Positions 38,527 through 47,799 of a DNA stretch of 64,000 nucleotides are shown here, piece by piece. Made by a program: the position numbers and the translations under genes. This DNA comes from Candidatus Binatota bacterium. Its GTDB lineage: Bacteria > Desulfobacterota > Binatia > UBA1149. The DNA is taken from assembly GCA_012960245.1 (NCBI GenBank), contig DUBO01000056.1, positions 40,859 through 104,858 of the forward strand, read 5' to 3'. Every line of letters starts with the position of its first letter. Positions within the stretch are counted from its first letter, which is position 1. Below the pieces are notes generated by a model. It made no database searches. It was not told where the DNA came from and saw nothing but the letters and a program-made list of their open reading frames with translations.

Positions 38527-39426
38527 ATGCCCGGAATGCCTGGGGGAGTGAAAGGGGGCGTGGCTGTTTGGCCGGGCTGGAGCCTGGGAGTGCTACCGGC
38601 ACTGTTGCTGTTTCTGGGTGCGTCGCCCGCGTTTGCGAGTGAAGTCGCGGGCGAGGGACGGCAGTGGCTGCAACGCTCACAGCGTGCTCGTTTTCCGGCA
38701 GCGGACATGAGGGCCTCGTTCGAGATGCTGGTCGTGCTTTCCGACGGCAGCCGCTTGTCGCGTCGGGGCACGGCCTACCGTCGCAACGGCGAGGGGGCAC
38801 TGGCCGACAGGCTCTACGTCTTTCGCGAGCCCTCGTCGCTCAACGGGTTGGCCCTGCTCAGCCGAGACAGGCAAGGCAAAGCTGCTGACCAGTGGCTGTA
38901 CCTGCCGGCTTACGGGAGGGCGCGGCGCGTGGCCATGCACACGGCCGGCGACGCTTTTGTAGGGTCTGATTTTTTCTACTCCGACCTCGCCCGCGTGAGG
39001 GTAGAGGACGGCACCCACCGTCTGCAGGGAGACCGGCCATGTGCCGCTGACGGTTCGTTGGCGGGCAAGTCTGCCTGCGTGGCGGTAGCCACTACCGACC
39101 TGCCGGGCGGCTACCCCTGGGGGAGCGTGGTCAACTTCATAGACAAGCGCAACGCCTTGCCGCGCCGTGTGGAGTACTACGACAGGGACGGCGACCTGGC
39201 CAGGGTGATGACCATCGACCGCGTGAGCACTGTCCACGGTTTTGCCACGCCCCTGTCGATCACGATGAAGACCGTCGCTTCGGCTGGCTACTCCACCCTC
39301 ACCCTGGACGGGATCAGCTATGATCAGGGCCTGGAGGCCGATACTTTTTCGGTCGAAGCGCTCGAACGCGGTGCCCATGTACAGGCAGCCGCGAAGGCCT
39401 CCACGGACGCTTCTTCGGCGCCCTGA
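38527..39426 (+). CDS. Outer-membrane lipoprotein-sorting protein (LolA_like family)
   Basis: 299 aa. Signal peptide ...LLLFLGASPAFA, QWLYLPAYGRARRV and FVGSDFFYSDL motifs typical of this family. Confidence 0.7.
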   Translation: MPGMPGGVKGGVAVWPGWSLGVLPALLLFLGASPAFASEVAGEGRQWLQRSQRARFPAADMRASFEMLVVLSDGSRLSRRGTAYRRNGEGALADRLYVFREPSSLNGLALLSRDRQGKAADQWLYLPAYGRARRVAMHTAGDAFVGSDFFYSDLARVRVEDGTHRLQGDRPCAADGSLAGKSACVAVATTDLPGGYPWGSVVNFIDKRNALPRRVEYYDRDGDLARVMTIDRVSTVHGFATPLSITMKTVASAGYSTLTLDGISYDQGLEADTFSVEALERGAHVQAAAKASTDASSAP

Positions 39427-39583
39427 GCCCAGCTGGCCGCCTTTGGGCGGTGTAATATATCGCTGCGAACTACTAAGTGGCCGCTCGAGGTCTGCTGATT
39501 CCTCTCTGTCATTGACTGCCGGCCGTCATCGGCGTTAGCCTTCCACTTGTTCCGCAGGGGATGCGGCAAGAGGGGTTTTTAAG

Positions 39584-39862
39584 ATGGATTCGGAAACTAA
39601 AGCAGAAATAAAAACACGGATTTCCAAGATCCTTTACGACAAGGGCTGGACCGAGATGGAGTTGTCGCGTCGAACCGGCCTGGCCCAGAGCTACATCAAC
39701 AGGGTCAAAAACTCGCGCATCGTGCCCACGGTGAGGACCGCCATGCGTATCTGCAAGGCACTGGACGTGAGCGTAGAGGACGCCTTCGTGTACGACGAAA
39801 AGGGACTGTTGCTGCTCTCGAGCAGTCACCCGGAAATAGCGCGCTTCGAACGCAGGGGCTGA
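39584..39862 (+). CDS. XRE-family helix-turn-helix transcriptional regulator
   Basis: 92 aa. WTEMELSRRTGLAQSYINRVKNSRIVPTVRTAMRICKALDVS is a Cro/C1-type HTH. Lower GC, flanked by 157- and 114-nt spacers. Confidence 0.75.
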   Translation: MDSETKAEIKTRISKILYDKGWTEMELSRRTGLAQSYINRVKNSRIVPTVRTAMRICKALDVSVEDAFVYDEKGLLLLSSSHPEIARFERRG

Positions 39863-39976
39863 CAAGGGGCGGCGTCCTGGCGGGTGGCGGCTTGCAGGCT
39901 GACACCCCAGCGAGTAACCTCACGCTCCCCCCTGTATGCAGGGCGTCGCGTCGGTCGCGGCAAGGGATTTCCCCGC

Positions 39977-41014
39977 GTGATCAGGCCGCTGGATATAGGA
40001 ACCTTACGGGTTAAAACCAACCTCGTTCTCTCGCCCATGTCGGGCGTGACCGACTGTGCCTTTCGCAGCCTCGTACGTCATTGCAGTGGTGGGGCACTCG
40101 GCCTGGTGGTGAGCGAGTTTGTCGCCGCCGAGGGTATCACCCGCGACAACCAACGCACGCTCTCCATGCTCAGGATCGAGGACCGCGAGCGACCGGTGTC
40201 CATACAGATTTTTGGTTCGGAACCCACGCGCATGGCCGACGCCGCGCGCGTGGTCGAACAGGCGGGTGCCGATATAGTTGATATCAACTGCGGATGTCCC
40301 GCACCCAAGGTCGTGCGCAGGGGGGGCGGGGCCGAGCTCATGCGCCAGACCGAGCGCCTGGAGTCGGTGGTCCGGCAGGTGCGCGAGGCCGTGAGCGTGC
40401 CGGTGACAGTCAAGATACGCGCTGGCTGGGACCAGGACTCGGTCAACGCGGTAGAGGTGGCGCGCCTGGTCGAACAGGCCGGCGCGAGCGCACTGGCGGT
40501 GCATGGTCGCACCCGCGTGCAGCTCTACAACGGCAGCGCCGACTGGGAGCTCGTGGAGCGCGTGGCCGCCGCGGTGGACATACCCGTGCTCGGCAGCGGC
40601 GACGTGGTGGAGGCCGGCACCGCAGTCGAGAGGCTGGCGGCACCCGGGGTGTCGGGGCTTTTGATAGGCCGGGCGGCACTCGATAACCCGTGGATATTCA
40701 GGCAGGTGGGCGATCTGGCGGCCGGTCGCCTGCCGTTTGCGCCCGGGCCTGCCGACAAAGTCGCCGCGCTGAAGTTGTTCAGGGACCTGTTGCGTGAAAC
40801 CCTTCCCGACCAGGCCTTCATGGGCCGTTACCGGGGCATGGCCTGCCGGGCGGTCAAGGGATTGCCCGAGGCGGCCGCAGCGCGAAGGCGCATGGGCAGC
40901 GCCGCGAGCGTGGATGAAGTAACCCAGTTGCTGGGCGAGTTCCTGGCAGGGGCGGGCGACCGGACCGAGGCGCAGCAGGAGCCAGTGGTAGAACCGGCGA
41001 TGGGGGCAGGCTGA
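39977..41014 (+). CDS. dus: tRNA-dihydrouridine synthase
   Basis: ORF 39884..41014, GTG at 39977 preferred. LVLSPMSGVTDCAFR, DINCGCPAPKV and VHGRTR motifs. Confidence 0.9.
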   Translation: MIRPLDIGTLRVKTNLVLSPMSGVTDCAFRSLVRHCSGGALGLVVSEFVAAEGITRDNQRTLSMLRIEDRERPVSIQIFGSEPTRMADAARVVEQAGADIVDINCGCPAPKVVRRGGGAELMRQTERLESVVRQVREAVSVPVTVKIRAGWDQDSVNAVEVARLVEQAGASALAVHGRTRVQLYNGSADWELVERVAAAVDIPVLGSGDVVEAGTAVERLAAPGVSGLLIGRAALDNPWIFRQVGDLAAGRLPFAPGPADKVAALKLFRDLLRETLPDQAFMGRYRGMACRAVKGLPEAAAARRRMGSAASVDEVTQLLGEFLAGAGDRTEAQQEPVVEPAMGAG

Positions 41015-41018
41015 TAAA

Positions 41019-41528
41019 ATGGCGGACAGGTTCCAGGTATTCGTAGGCAAGGAGGACTTTCGCTTCAACGCGGCCCACTTCTCGGTCTACTCGGGCTTCA
41101 GGGAGCGGCTGCACGGCCACAACTACCGAGTAAGCGTGCTACTGGAAGGCGAGATAGGGCCGGACGGTTACGTGGTGGATTTCGGTGACATAAAGAAGGC
41201 CACCCGCTTGCTCTGCTCGCGACTGAACGAGCGTTTCATCGTGCCCACGCTCAACGACCGAATAGAGGTGAGCTGCGCTGACGGGCAGATGGAGCTGTTG
41301 TGTCTCGACGACGGCGGGCGCTACAGCATGCCCGAAGTCGACTGCGCCATGCTCCCCATAGCCCACTCGTCGGCAGAAGAACTCGCGTTGTGGTTCTGCG
41401 ATCGCCTGGCCGAGGAGTTGGCCCTGCCCGCGGACCGCACACTGCTCAGCCTGGAAGTGACCGTTGCCGAGGCACCCGGTCAGGAGGCGCGCTGTTGCAG
41501 GCAGCTGGCCGGAAAGGCCCGGACGTGA
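41019..41528 (+). CDS. queD: 6-carboxytetrahydropterin synthase / PTPS-family protein
   Basis: 169 aa. FRFNAAHF, LHGHNYRV and GYVVDFGDIK motifs. Confidence 0.85.
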   Translation: MADRFQVFVGKEDFRFNAAHFSVYSGFRERLHGHNYRVSVLLEGEIGPDGYVVDFGDIKKATRLLCSRLNERFIVPTLNDRIEVSCADGQMELLCLDDGGRYSMPEVDCAMLPIAHSSAEELALWFCDRLAEELALPADRTLLSLEVTVAEAPGQEARCCRQLAGKART

Positions 41529-41815
41529 GTATAAGATCGTCGCTACAGGCGGGTGCGTTGATAGTGCTGTTGGCCGCCGTGGGGGCGGGGTGCAGGTCGG
41601 CACTGCCTGAGCAGGGCAGCGCCGACGAGCAGCTTTACAGCCTTCGCTGCGGTGGTTGTCACCCGCCCTACGAGCCGGGGATCATGAAACCGGCGATGTG
41701 GGGCATCATGGTGGCGCGCATGGAGAGCGAGCTTAAGCGCCGGGGGCTGCCGCGTCTCGCCGACGAAGAGCGCGAGAAGATCATCGCCTACCTGTCGAGA
41801 CACGCGGCCGACTGA
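41525..41815 (+). CDS. Small putative lipoprotein with one CXXCH haem-c motif
   Basis: In-frame GTG at 41525 within ORF 41300..41815 overlaps the queD stop (GTGA). Lipobox-like LLAAVGAGC, then LRCGGCHPPYEPG. Coding-like codon usage. Family not recognised. Confidence 0.5.
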   Translation: MSIRSSLQAGALIVLLAAVGAGCRSALPEQGSADEQLYSLRCGGCHPPYEPGIMKPAMWGIMVARMESELKRRGLPRLADEEREKIIAYLSRHAAD

Positions 41816-41840
41816 GCACCGAAAGGTGTCAGCCGGTGGG

Positions 41841-43175
41841 TCAGGAAAGCGCCGCGCGGCGTATCCTTGATATTTCGTCACGCTCGCGTGGTAGCGCGGC
41901 AGTGAGGTTGTCGCTGCCGTCGGCCGTGACCAGCACGTCGTCTTCCAGGCGTATGCCGATTCCCCTGAAACGCTCGGGTGCCTCGCTGTCTGTGCGCACG
42001 TAGATGCCCGGCTCCACGGTGAGCACCATGCCCGCGGCCAGTGGCCGGGGGCCTTCGTCGTCGCGGTAGCTGCCCACGTCGTGCACGTCCATGCCCAGCC
42101 AGTGGCTGGTGCGGTGCATGTAGTAGGGCTGGTAGGCGCCCGACTCCAGCGAAGCGTTCGTGTCGCTGCCTTCGAGCAAGCCTAGGTCGTGCATTCCCTG
42201 CACGAGTACACCGAGAGCTGCCTGGTGCACGCTGTCGCAGCTCGATCCTGGTTTCACCTGCGCTAGAGCGCTGCGCTGGGCCGTGAGCACGAGGTCGTAC
42301 AACTCCGCCTGCGCGTTGCTCCAGTCGGCGCTCATGGGAAAGGTCGACGTGATATCGGCCGCGTAGCCGCCGTACTCGCCGCCCGCGTCGAGCAACACGA
42401 GGTCACCCTGCCCAGGTGTCCCCCGGTTGGAGGTGTAGTGCAGCACGGTAGCGTTATTGCCTGCCGCGGCGATGGTGCCGTAGGCCGGGCCCGAACAGCC
42501 ACCCCGACGAAATCGGTATTCCACGCTGGCCTCTATATCAGATTCGCTGTGGCCGGGCCGTAGGTCTTCGAGCACAGCGATGTGGGCCTGCACGGCTATG
42601 GCGCAGGAACGCCGCATGAGCTCGGCTTCCTCGTCGGACTTGAAAAGCCTCATTTCTGACATCAGCTCCGAACTATCGTGCAGCACCAGCGGGGCCAAGC
42701 CGCTGCGGGGACGCCCGGCGTTGACTCGCTTCACGAGCTCGAGCATCGCGCTGTCGCTGCCGGCGCTGCGCCCGAAACCGTAGTAAAGCGTTCGCGCGCC
42801 GCTCAGGGCCTGCTCGAGTTTTTCTTCGCCTTGTTCCAGGGCCCACGCGTTGTCCGCGCCGTAGGTTTCGCGCGCGCCTTCAAGACCGGCCCTGCGCCCG
42901 GTCCATGTCTCGCTCTGCGGGTCGCGTTCGCGTACGAACATCGAGAAACCCTTCGATTCGCAGTCCCCGGCCACCAGCATCAGCGAACAGGGCTCTTCGA
43001 AGCCGCTCAGGTAGCGCGTGTCGCTGTCGGGCCGGTAGCGATAGTGCACGTCGTTGGAGTAGCGTGCTTCCTCGACGGGGGGCAGAAACAGCACCGCGTC
43101 GTTGAGTCGGGCGAGCAGGGTTTCGCGGCGCCGGCGGTACGAGTCGGGAGATGGGCCGTTGTGGGTCATCGCCAC
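41841..43175 (-). CDS. pepP: Xaa-Pro aminopeptidase (M24B, aminopeptidase P)
   Basis: 444 aa. AMP_N domain, then the M24 metal ligands (LLDAGGEYGGYAADIT, HWLGMDVHD, VLTVEPGIY). Confidence 0.9.
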   Translation of the reverse strand: MAMTHNGPSPDSYRRRRETLLARLNDAVLFLPPVEEARYSNDVHYRYRPDSDTRYLSGFEEPCSLMLVAGDCESKGFSMFVRERDPQSETWTGRRAGLEGARETYGADNAWALEQGEEKLEQALSGARTLYYGFGRSAGSDSAMLELVKRVNAGRPRSGLAPLVLHDSSELMSEMRLFKSDEEAELMRRSCAIAVQAHIAVLEDLRPGHSESDIEASVEYRFRRGGCSGPAYGTIAAAGNNATVLHYTSNRGTPGQGDLVLLDAGGEYGGYAADITSTFPMSADWSNAQAELYDLVLTAQRSALAQVKPGSSCDSVHQAALGVLVQGMHDLGLLEGSDTNASLESGAYQPYYMHRTSHWLGMDVHDVGSYRDDEGPRPLAAGMVLTVEPGIYVRTDSEAPERFRGIGIRLEDDVLVTADGSDNLTAALPRERDEISRIRRAALS

Positions 43176-43226
43176 GAAGGTAGCACGAAAACTTGCATCG
43201 TGCCCACCCTACCCGATAATCGCTGC

Positions 43227-43583
43227 ATGGCGACCGACGAACGATTGTGGGCTATCGAAAGACTGGCGGGTGGACTGGGCGAGCTGGTGACCGTGATCGG
43301 TCCGGAGGCCGCGCCGGTGGTCGAGAGGGTGAAAGCCCGGCTCATAGAGGCGATGGCGGCGCGCGACGACGGCCGCAGTCCCGAGGCGCTGACCGCGCTG
43401 GCGGCGGCCATGGCCGACCTCGTAGAGTTGGGCGACCGTCTCGACCCGGCCGAGGGGGCCATGATGCGCATGCTGGTGTCGGCTTTTATCGAGGGACTGG
43501 GAGCCGGGGACCGCGAGCAGGTGGAGGCCGGCCTTCAGCGCATACAGGAAAAAACCGGCACGCCCCACGAGCCGCAGGGCTGA
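43227..43583 (+). CDS. Hypothetical protein
   Basis: ATG at 43227 inside ORF 42678..43583. The upstream part is antisense to pepP. 118 aa, helical and acidic, coding-like GC3 bias, no family recognised. Confidence 0.45.
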   Translation: MATDERLWAIERLAGGLGELVTVIGPEAAPVVERVKARLIEAMAARDDGRSPEALTALAAAMADLVELGDRLDPAEGAMMRMLVSAFIEGLGAGDREQVEAGLQRIQEKTGTPHEPQG

Positions 43584-43601
43584 AGCCACGGCTCGGTCGA
43601 G

Positions 43602-44426
43602 ATGGCCCCTCCCAGCGATAACCGCGACGCATCCATGTCGGGCCTGGTTACCCTGACCACGGATTTCGGCAGTGTCGACGGCTACGCAGGGGCTGTAAAG
43701 GGAGTACTGCTGGCCGCGTGTAGAGAGCTGCGCGTAATTGATATCACCCACGACCTGCCCATGGGCGATGTGCTGGCCGGCGCGCTGGCGCTGGAAGCGG
43801 CGATAAATTGGTTTCCGCCGGCAACGGTCCACCTGGCCGTGGTAGACCCCGGTGTCGGTTCTGACCGCAACGCACTGCTGCTTCAGGACGAGCACGGGAG
43901 TTTTGCCCTGGGACCAGACAACGGGTTGCTCTCGTTGGCTTTCGGAGAGCCGGTGGCCTGCTGGAAACTCGACGTCGGGCGAGTTTCCTCGCGACCGGTA
44001 TCGCCGGTGTTCCACGGTCGCGATCTGTTTGCCCCGGCCGCGGCCGCGCTGGTTGCGGGGGCTGACGCCGGCGACCTGGGTGACCCGGTGGGCGACTTCG
44101 AGCGCCTGCAACTGCCTGTGCCGAAGTCTGTTGGCGGACAGCTCGAGGGCGAGGTTATCCACGTCGATCGTTTCGGCAACATGGTGACCAACATCGCTGC
44201 CTCACTCGCAACCGGGCTGCCGGGGACGGGCGAGTTGAAGACCGCGGCCGGTGGGCTGGTCATCGATGGCTTCAGTCGCTGCTACGCCGACGTGGGCGAG
44301 GGCGAGCTGCTGGCCCTCGAGGGCAGCGGCGGCCGACTCGAGCTGGCGCTGCGCGCAGGGTCAGCCGCCGAGCTACCGGCTATGAGCGGCGTCGGCATGC
44401 CCCTGCGCGTGTACCGCAGCGAGTAG
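43602..44426 (+). CDS. SAM hydrolase / SAM-dependent halogenase-family protein (DUF62)
   Basis: 274 aa. VTLTTDFGSVDGYAGAVKGV and HLAVVDPGVGS motifs. The true start may be the second ATG at 43635. Confidence 0.8.
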   Translation: MAPPSDNRDASMSGLVTLTTDFGSVDGYAGAVKGVLLAACRELRVIDITHDLPMGDVLAGALALEAAINWFPPATVHLAVVDPGVGSDRNALLLQDEHGSFALGPDNGLLSLAFGEPVACWKLDVGRVSSRPVSPVFHGRDLFAPAAAALVAGADAGDLGDPVGDFERLQLPVPKSVGGQLEGEVIHVDRFGNMVTNIAASLATGLPGTGELKTAAGGLVIDGFSRCYADVGEGELLALEGSGGRLELALRAGSAAELPAMSGVGMPLRVYRSE

Positions 44427-44441
44427 ACGCAGCGAGTTCGG

Positions 44442-46148
44442 TCAGTTGATCACCGGTAGCGCCGGGGAGAGTAGCTGCACGCCTGGCCGCAAAGCAGCGG
44501 CCGGTTCCACCAGCTCGGCCAGCCGCCCGAGCAAGGGCGGCAGCTTCACGGTGGATACAACCGATCCACGCAGGCGCGAAAGCCTTTCGCCCAGTTTTTC
44601 CCTGCGCGGGTAGTAAACCAGCTCAACAGAATCAATGTCTTCTATGGTAGCCGCGGTGGCGGCGGCGGCTACCGCCTGCTCAAAGCCGCCGATCTCGTCT
44701 ACCAGTCCCCGCTCGAGCGCCTGTTGCCCGCTCCACACGCGTCCGCCGCCCACGCTGTCCACGTCGTTTATGCTCAGCGACCGGCCCCGGGCCACCCGCC
44801 GAAGGAAGAGCTGGTAGGTGCGCTCCATCTGCGTGCGTACCAGCGATAGCTCGGCCCTGTCAAAACCCTTGCTGATGTCCATCAGGCCCGCGTAGCGGCC
44901 CCTGGTGAGCGTTTCGCTGCCTATGCCAAGCCTGCCCAGCAGGCCCGCCACGTTGGGCTTGAACAGCACCACTCCTATCGATCCGGTGATGGACATTCCC
45001 TGGGCCAGCACGCGGTCGGCGCCAGAGGCCATGTAGTACCCGCCCGAGCCCGCGATGTTGCCGAGCGAAGCCACCACGGGCGTCGTTCGAGATGCGGCTC
45101 GCACCAGTCTCCAGACCTGGTCCGACGCCTGTGCCGAACCGCCGGGGCTGTCCACGCGCAACACGATGGCTTTTACGCCGTCGGCCAGGGCCTCGTCAAA
45201 AGCCCGCGCCAGGGTGTCGGCTCCAACCGACGCGCCGGTCGCTCCACCGGCCCTGCTCTCCCCGTTCACGATGTTACCCGCGGCGTGGATGACGGCCACC
45301 CGTTCGCCGCCGCCCAGTCCGAGCGATGATGCACTCACGCGCCTGTAGTCTTCTTCGTAGACCAGGGGAGGGGAAGGGCCGTCGGCTGGGTTTTCGCGCA
45401 ACTGGTCCATGTGGCGCACGCCGTCGGCGAGGCCCGAATCCATGAAGGCTTCTGGCGACGCCGGGCACGCGTCCACCACGGCGGGCAACTCGCCGGGCTC
45501 GAGCCCGCGCGACAAAGCGATGGACACGCCGAACTGCCCATAGAGATCGTCGAGCAGAAAGTCAGCGGCTTCACGGTGGGCCGCCGACATGCCCCTGCGG
45601 CCTATCATGTCACCCATCGATTTGTATTCGCGGATCTGCTCGACCTCCATGTCGATGTCGATCTTTTCCCAGACGCCTCCCAGGAAGACGAAGTGCGCTG
45701 CCATGCCGTTGAGCATGGCCGAGGATCCTGGGGGCAGGTACAACTCGTCTGCCGCCGAAGCGATGAAGTACTCCCTGTTGCTGCCGAACGACCCGCTGTC
45801 GAGCAGCGACACGACTTTCTTACCGGCGTCCTGCAGGCCGGCCAGCGACGTACGGATTTCCTGGGCCTGCGCCCAGCCCAGTTGGGTGTCCTGCACGCGC
45901 AGCAGCACCCCGTCGATGCGCTCGTCGTGGCGGGCCTTGCGCAGGGTGGCGAGCAGGTCGAGAAAAGCCGGCCGGTCGTCGAGCAGCCGGTCAAGGGCGT
46001 CACGTCCGGGCGGGAGCTCGGCGTAGGTGCCCTCGAGGTCGATCACGAGATAGCTGCCCCTGGGTACGTCCGGCTCCGAGTCGCGGAGAAGGACGAAAAC
46101 AGCCAGTGCCAGCAATCCAAGCACGATCCATCGTTTCTTGATGCGCAT
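44442..46148 (-). CDS. sppA: Signal peptide peptidase SppA, 67K type
   Basis: 568 aa. N-terminal anchor and duplicated ClpP/crotonase-like S49 domains (GNIAGSGGYYMA). Confidence 0.85.
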   Translation of the reverse strand: MRIKKRWIVLGLLALAVFVLLRDSEPDVPRGSYLVIDLEGTYAELPPGRDALDRLLDDRPAFLDLLATLRKARHDERIDGVLLRVQDTQLGWAQAQEIRTSLAGLQDAGKKVVSLLDSGSFGSNREYFIASAADELYLPPGSSAMLNGMAAHFVFLGGVWEKIDIDMEVEQIREYKSMGDMIGRRGMSAAHREAADFLLDDLYGQFGVSIALSRGLEPGELPAVVDACPASPEAFMDSGLADGVRHMDQLRENPADGPSPPLVYEEDYRRVSASSLGLGGGERVAVIHAAGNIVNGESRAGGATGASVGADTLARAFDEALADGVKAIVLRVDSPGGSAQASDQVWRLVRAASRTTPVVASLGNIAGSGGYYMASGADRVLAQGMSITGSIGVVLFKPNVAGLLGRLGIGSETLTRGRYAGLMDISKGFDRAELSLVRTQMERTYQLFLRRVARGRSLSINDVDSVGGGRVWSGQQALERGLVDEIGGFEQAVAAAATAATIEDIDSVELVYYPRREKLGERLSRLRGSVVSTVKLPPLLGRLAELVEPAAALRPGVQLLSPALPVIN

Positions 46149-46330
46149 GTTTACTCCGCCGGGAATCTTCGCCGCGAATCACTCCTGGGCCTGCTGTCTC
46201 CCGGCCGGACCACGGCAGGCCCTTCCTTGTATCACAGCTGGCCGGCAGTGACGCGTTTGCGGACCGGGCCTGCAAGCCGGGATCGTGGTGGCGGGCTGCT
46301 GCCGACGGGGTGATCTGCTAGTCTCGCGGG

Positions 46331-47377
46331 GTGTCACGGGATCTTATAAGCGTTGAACTGGGCTCGGTGTCGGGTTACGAGGCCTGGCGGGCCGAATTAC
46401 TGGCTGCCACCCTGGCGGCCGACCTGGGCTGCGCCTGGCTGTTGACCTGGACCCGCAGTGAGCAGGGCGTGAGCCTGGGGCGCTTCCACCGGCGTGCCGA
46501 GGGTGCCGAGTCCATTGAGCGACGCTTGACGGGCGGACGAAATGTGCCCGCGGGGCCAGCCGTACAGGAATTTGCCTTCGTGCTGCCATCGGTGGACTGG
46601 CTCGACGAGGGCGCTGGTGGCCTTGGGCCGGGGCAGGTACTCAACCGGGCGCTCAGGCCCCTGCTCGCTTGTCTCAGGGCAGAGTTATCGAGCCGCTCCG
46701 GGCTTGAGCCGTTCTACCCGGGGCGCGATCTTGTCACCGTCGACTCCAGGCCTGTGGCCCACGCAGCGTATTCTGTTTTTGCTGACGGGGTCTGCGTCGT
46801 CGAACAGATGTTGTTTACGGCCGAGGCGCCGGGCGTGGTTGACTCGTTGCTCGAGCTGCTGGATCCCGCTGGAATAACCGGCCAGGCGCTGGGTGGACTC
46901 GACGCGGGCTGCAGCCTTGCCCAACTCGGTGTTGATCAGCAGATCGACTGGGCCCGGCTGATGGCGCTGGAGTCTGCCAGCGTTTTTGCCTGCAAGCTGT
47001 CGCCGGGCTCGCTTCCCGGGCAAGGGCTCACGGCCGATGCTTCGGCCTGGGACTGCTTCCAACGCGAGCGGGGCAGTCTTGCTGCGGGGCGGCTGCTGGC
47101 TGCCGGCCCGTCCATGCTGGGCATGCTCGAGTGCAGCGGGGTCGGCCCGGGCACGGAGGGCGATGTCTCGCTGTCGGGCATAGAGATATGCGGAGACCTG
47201 CTGGCACCGTTTCACTTGATCGACCAGGTTGAGCAAGCCCTCGAGGGTTGCCCGCCTGTTGTTTCCGAGATCGCGAGCAGGATAGAGCAGCTGACATCCT
47301 CGACGGGCGGATTTATCCTGGGCTGTGACAACAGCGGGGAACAAGCGCTCGCCGCCCTGCTGGCGCGCTGCGCGTGA
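46331..47377 (+). CDS. Biotin/lipoate protein ligase (BPL_LplA_LipB)-like protein, divergent
   Basis: 348 aa, GTG start. RRLTGGRNVPAGPAVQEFAFVLP resembles the LplA RRxSGGGAVyHD..n..f block but is degenerate. C-terminal IEICGDLLAP...LEGC resembles the LplA C-terminal domain. Confidence 0.4.
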   Translation: MSRDLISVELGSVSGYEAWRAELLAATLAADLGCAWLLTWTRSEQGVSLGRFHRRAEGAESIERRLTGGRNVPAGPAVQEFAFVLPSVDWLDEGAGGLGPGQVLNRALRPLLACLRAELSSRSGLEPFYPGRDLVTVDSRPVAHAAYSVFADGVCVVEQMLFTAEAPGVVDSLLELLDPAGITGQALGGLDAGCSLAQLGVDQQIDWARLMALESASVFACKLSPGSLPGQGLTADASAWDCFQRERGSLAAGRLLAAGPSMLGMLECSGVGPGTEGDVSLSGIEICGDLLAPFHLIDQVEQALEGCPPVVSEIASRIEQLTSSTGGFILGCDNSGEQALAALLARCA

Positions 47378-47431
47378 GGCGGCCGACGCTGGCGATTGCG
47401 CCCGTGCCCGTGGCGTGGCATTGACGGCTGC

Positions 47432-47776
47432 ATGGCGGACTGTCTTTTCTGTTCGATTGGCGCTGGTGAGGTCCCGGCCGAGAAGGTTTACGAGGACGAC
47501 CAGCTGTTTGCGATCCGCGACATAAATCCGGTCGCGCCGCTGCACCTGTTGCTCATTCCCCGCAAGCACATCGCTACCATACTCGACTTCGAGGACGCCG
47601 ATAGTGCACTGGTGGCTGGTATCTATCGCCTGGCGGCTCGCCTTGCCGCTGAAAACGACCTCAGTGACGACGGCTACCGCGTGGTCGCCAACTGCAAGAG
47701 CGACGGCGGGCAGACAGTTTACCACGTACACTTTCACCTGCTGGGCGGACGCGCGATGGCGTGGCCGCCGGGCTGA
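47432..47776 (+). CDS. Histidine-triad (HIT) nucleotide-binding protein
   Basis: ORF 47396..47776, ATG at 47432 (MADCLFCSI). HVHFHLL histidine triad. Confidence 0.9.
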   Translation: MADCLFCSIGAGEVPAEKVYEDDQLFAIRDINPVAPLHLLLIPRKHIATILDFEDADSALVAGIYRLAARLAAENDLSDDGYRVVANCKSDGGQTVYHVHFHLLGGRAMAWPPG

Positions 47777-47799
47777 GCAGGAGTACGCAGGGCAAGGGC

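Noticed and set aside
39446-39476. AT-rich GGTGTAATATATCGCTGCG segment as a possible dif/Xer site
   Set aside because: The arms do not match the XerC/XerD consensus and are not arranged as 11-6-11. More likely the tail of a weak terminator hairpin (CCGCC-TTTG-GGCGG).
42678-43226. N-terminal 183 codons of ORF 42678..43583
   Set aside because: They are antisense to pepP and Arg/Ala-rich. Only the part from ATG 43227 lies in the spacer and looks coding.
5000-47737. Other long antisense ORFs: 5000..6166-, 6176..7243-, 21755..22873-, 22884..24092-, 26452..27708-, 27629..28939-, 31940..33295-, 37143..38468-, 40004..41068-, 46685..47737-
   Set aside because: Each is opposite a frame with strong family motifs or clear GC3 coding bias. 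All have the Arg/Ala/Gly/His-rich composition expected of non-coding frames in high-GC DNA.
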